Part shown: positions 62,177 through 64,000 of the stretch, one piece after another
How the letters are laid out: each line of letters opens with the position of its first letter
How positions within the stretch are numbered: position 1 is the first letter of the stretch
Virus record (IMG/VR): IMGVR_UViG_3300036780_000209
Span: 1-64,000 of that record
Direction: 5' to 3' (one strand)
Length of the DNA stretch: 64,000 nucleotides
From: a virus
Position numbers and translations under genes: made by a program
Notes under the pieces: model-generated
Database searches by the model: none
The model's input: the letters and a program-made list of their open reading frames with translations, nothing else
Told to the model about the DNA's origin: nothing

Positions 62177-64000
62177 CGCGCTCTCCTGGCAGATGATAAT
62201 CCGGGTCATTGAGTGCAGAACGCATCAGCTTGTTAAAGAAACCATCAATCTCAGACTCGGAGATAGAAGAGTATCCTGGATTATCCCGATAGAAGGTGGA
62301 ATAATTTATTCCTACCAAGATATCCAGGTCGTTATTACCTTCCAGTTCAGGTCCGGTCCAGCGGCTCGCCTCGCTGCCACTCAAATATACCTTGCTCCAA
62401 GCCTGCCAGTGGACAAAGCCCTGATCCCGGCAGAAGGCATCCCACTTCTCCATGACGGATTCACGAACTTCCGGCCGCAGCTCGCCGGCCTCGGTGAAGA
62501 GCCGGTGGTCCAGGCCATAAGTTGGGCCGAAGATGCCCCGGGCAGGCATCCAGCGAGTGCCCTGGGGCAGCGGAGCGGACAAGCGGCTGACCGGCCCGGC
62601 AGTCGCTGCCTCGTGCGAAATCCTGTCGTCGTTTCCCTCGTGAAGACGGGCCTCGATCTGGTGCGGGCGGAAGGCAATCGCCGAAGTATTAGCGGCAGCT
62701 CCACGGCTGGACTTCTCGAACTCATTGCCGTAGGTAATGCCGTCATGACCCTGATCTTCGAGGTGCTTCCTGAAGCGCTGGGCGATCTCGTATTTGTCTG
62801 GGTGCGCATTCAGCCACCCCATCGCGTAGGTGTGCTGAGCGGTGTGGTGATGGCCCGCGCGCATCGGGTCCGGCTCGCGTCGGTCCCGCATGCGGTCGCC
62901 ATGGTCAACGAAGTGATAGGCCGGGATCTCTTCTCTCAGTTCGTCGTGCCAGCCTTCCTTCTGCGCGTCCCGGTACGTCGCCATGTCGAGGTGCTTCTCC
63001 GGATGATTACCCGCCTTCCACTCGTGCTCGTAAACCTCCTGATCCATGTCGTGCTCGGAGTGGTAGTGCTTAGGGTTCCGAATGTTCAGGCGGGCATGCA
63101 CGATATGACCAGCCGGCTGATCGTCAGGGTCTTCCTGCTCGTAATCCGGGTTCCGGTGCTCGCCCTTACTGAATTCTCTGGCAACGTGATGATCAGCGGT
63201 GAAGTGCGATCCCATAAGGGTGTTCCAGTGCGAGGTATCGCTTTCATCGTGATCGAATTCAAGCGGACTGAAGTTATCGAACTTGGCGAAGCGATGCGGG
63301 CTCCCGTGAAACCACTCGCTGCCTTTGGTATGTGGGTTAGCCAGCGGGCGAGGCTGATGCGTCATATCGAAGAGCTTTAGCTGGCTATTCGGAAGCGCCA
63401 CGCCCACCTTGATGTTCCCCTGGTCGCCCTTGGTGATCTCTGGCGAAATTGATTCCACTCGATCCATAGGAATACGCTCACGGGTCCTGATGTAATCGTC
63501 AGCCGAGTGAGTAAACCACTTATCCGCCAGCTCATGGCGGATCTTGAGCACGTGCCCGGTGCCATTCCTGGGCAAGTAGGAGACGGCACTACGCGGATCG
63601 ACGGCCGCATTAGTACCCTCCCAGTCAGCAATCGTCCCGCGCCGGTCTGACTGGAGGTACCCGCGATCACGGGCCTGCGCCAGTTCATCGGCTGAAACGC
63701 CCCGGTAGACATGATGCACGGGCTCATCGCGGACCTTTTTCGGATATGCCAGGGCATTGGTGACCCCGGGGATGCCATGGTCCCAGACCTCGAAGTGAAC
63801 CGGTCCCTCCCCCCTACCCGCCGGGTGGTGAAGCCTGCGCGACTCGCCAGTCTCGACGCTGTATCCACTGCGCGGGTGGATAACCCGGTTAGCCTCTAGC
63901 CGCCTGGGATGGAACCAGTTCTCCAGGTGCTGGTCCAGCTCGTCATTGGTCATGGCCCCCTTGCGCAAACCAGGGAGCGAGACAGCCGCCGTGTGCTCCC
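62121..64000 (-). CDS. 5'-partial polyvalent protein, N-terminal part: two ART-like domains and the N-lobe of a pol-beta nucleotidyltransferase
   Basis: Frame is open to the window edge; VYRGVS...; WFHGSPHRFAKFD...SHFTAD...GHDGITY (ART-PolyVal-like); YLSGSEAS...DLDILV (hG[GS]...DxD). Confidence 0.8.
   Translation of the reverse strand, partial: EHTAAVSLPGLRKGAMTNDELDQHLENWFHPRRLEANRVIHPRSGYSVETGESRRLHHPAGRGEGPVHFEVWDHGIPGVTNALAYPKKVRDEPVHHVYRGVSADELAQARDRGYLQSDRRGTIADWEGTNAAVDPRSAVSYLPRNGTGHVLKIRHELADKWFTHSADDYIRTRERIPMDRVESISPEITKGDQGNIKVGVALPNSQLKLFDMTHQPRPLANPHTKGSEWFHGSPHRFAKFDNFSPLEFDHDESDTSHWNTLMGSHFTADHHVAREFSKGEHRNPDYEQEDPDDQPAGHIVHARLNIRNPKHYHSEHDMDQEVYEHEWKAGNHPEKHLDMATYRDAQKEGWHDELREEIPAYHFVDHGDRMRDRREPDPMRAGHHHTAQHTYAMGWLNAHPDKYEIAQRFRKHLEDQGHDGITYGNEFEKSSRGAAANTSAIAFRPHQIEARLHEGNDDRISHEAATAGPVSRLSAPLPQGTRWMPARGIFGPTYGLDHRLFTEAGELRPEVRESVMEKWDAFCRDQGFVHWQAWSKVYLSGSEASRWTGPELEGNNDLDILVGINYSTFYRDNPGYSSISESEIDGFFNKLMRSALNDPDYHLPGERDDRDLVSGQGLGGAVRGV

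Noticed and set aside
1-64000. tRNA/rRNA genes or stop-codon reassignment
   Set aside because: No tRNA-like arms were recognised by eye, and known genes read through intact with the standard code.

Overview
GC-rich, gene-dense segment of a large lytic actinobacteriophage. The portal and head-associated proteins resemble, from memory, Bxz1/cluster-C-like myoviruses. The host is probably a filamentous soil actinomycete, since the phage carries a near-canonical BldC. Minus-strand virion/late genes (portal, several acidic head-associated proteins, two giant polyvalent effector proteins with ADP-ribosyltransferase, ParB, pol-beta nucleotidyltransferase, HiPIP-like and 2H domains) alternate with blocks of small accessory genes (ArdC, metallophosphoesterase, Pth2, HADs, C5 methyltransferase, vWA, AAA, Nudix, HicA-like, TOPRIM, GH12, UDG). 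Four signals stand out. (1) A family of at least 8 Cys/His-rich microproteins of mostly 35-48 aa, none called as its own gene by the ORF track, includes a translationally coupled five-gene tandem array at 28538-29200. (2) Free-standing HNH endonucleases sit inside large virion genes and appear to repair them without splicing: one supplies a recoded duplicate N-terminus, another splits a nucleotidyltransferase domain into two ORFs. (3) A 16-bp palindrome (TACAAGG-NN-CCTTGTA) occurs more than 20 times in sigma-70-like, often leaderless promoters. (4) A recurring short x-[TEHQ]-A-[ASD] motif lies at domain borders of virion proteins, suggesting protease-processed polyproteins. No rRNA, tRNA or CRISPR array was recognised.
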